Source: Enoplolaimus lenunculus (Eukaryota). Taken from it: a stretch of 64,000 nt of DNA. Of this stretch, positions 63,087-64,000 are shown piece after piece; positions within the stretch are counted from its first letter, which is position 1, and each line of letters opens with the position of its first letter. The notes under the pieces are model-generated. The model was not told the origin of the DNA. It did no database searches and was given only the letters and a program-made list of their open reading frames with translations. The position numbers and the translations under genes are program-made. Location of the stretch: positions 496,001 to 560,000 of the forward strand of contig JASANG010001107.1 in assembly GCA_030248215.1 (NCBI GenBank), written 5' to 3'.

Positions 63087-63242
63087 GAGTTTGGATTTGA
63101 CACACTATGGGCATTGTTAATGTTCATTTTGGGTTGCGTTGAAATTGCAGCCGCTCGCTGGGCAATTAACCGATGCCATTTAGCGCATTATGAACTTCTC
63201 GACGACTGTAATCGTAGTCATGATTCGTACGCTGCATGTTCG
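63087..63242 (+). CDS. MARVEL protein 2, exon 3: EFGFDTLWALLMFILGCVEIAAARWAINRCHLAHYELLDDCNRSHDSYAACS (terminal exon not found in the window)
   Basis: Acceptor tttgacag, donor gtaagt; 156 nt, phase 0/0; aligns with paralogue 1 exon 3 (E.G....WA...FI.GCV.I). Confidence 0.88.
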
Positions 63243-64000
63243 GTAAGTTAAAAAGTTGATAATGCATGTAAAAAAGGGTTTCACAACTAGGTTCATTTCG
63301 CATACAAACCGAATGTACCCAGTGCGCGTTGTGTTTTTGATCTACTAGACCACCCTCAATTTAACGGACGTAGCTGACCGATTTGTTCACTTTCATACAT
63401 TAGAGTATTTCCATTGTAGGATGCGCCGTTGGGGTATGCAAACTATGCAACAAGTGATGGTTCATTTTGTCCCTTGCATTTTTCGATAAGTTGCAAACTC
63501 TTATCTTGTGCCACCAACGACTTTTGTTAAGATGCATTAATTATAACGCGCTAATTGTTAATGTTGGTGTCAACCTGCGTAACTAACTTAGGACACCGAG
63601 GAAATTAACGACAACGAAAGTTTGCATCAAAACATTTTTAAAGTGGTTCTTTAACACTTTTCCAACTAATCGCTCAAGGGTAATGGTTACGCAGGTATAA
63701 AAAAATTCTTAGGCTTAGGTAAACCTTTTTTTACACCTAGCAGTTTGGTAATTTTTAAATGTCAATTATTCTACTTGATAGTCAAGAAATCTCTATTTTT
63801 GCACCAGCGGTGGAACCAGCAGCTAATTTTGAGAGCGTATAGCATTTATATAAGTTTTTCATTTACGTGAATGTAAAAGTATACATTCTTTTTAGAGGCC
63901 TGCCTCTTTTAATACCCACTTTGTTAGTACAGTGTTTGATGTACCTGCAGATTGTTTAAAAACCACGACGGAAAAAATGTGTTTTTATTTTGCTTCGAAT

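Overview
AT-rich, gene-poor, transposon-dense eukaryotic DNA. It is most likely from a nematode, because GCCTAA/TTAGGC telomere-type hexamers are abundant and introns are canonical GT-AG; the species cannot be fixed from the sequence. Two spliced protein-coding genes can be built by hand, both MARVEL-domain (CKLF/plasmolipin-like) four-TM paralogues in divergent orientation: a complete 4-exon, 220-aa gene on the minus strand (33827-30084) and the first 3 exons of a second gene on the plus strand (61730-63242; no terminal exon found in the window). About 0.9 kb upstream of the second gene lies an internally deleted BEL/Pao LTR retrotransposon (57883-60803, ATAAG target duplication). It carries a degenerate SGNH/GDSL hydrolase where env would normally sit. 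Other features are a 2-kb 18-bp satellite, two unrelated long foldback elements with Helitron-like CTAG ends at both termini, and several MITE families: hAT-like with 8-bp TSDs, and GG..CC-ended families carrying telomeric hexamers. Most ORFs in the supplied track are spurious. All alignments were done by eye; no searches were run.
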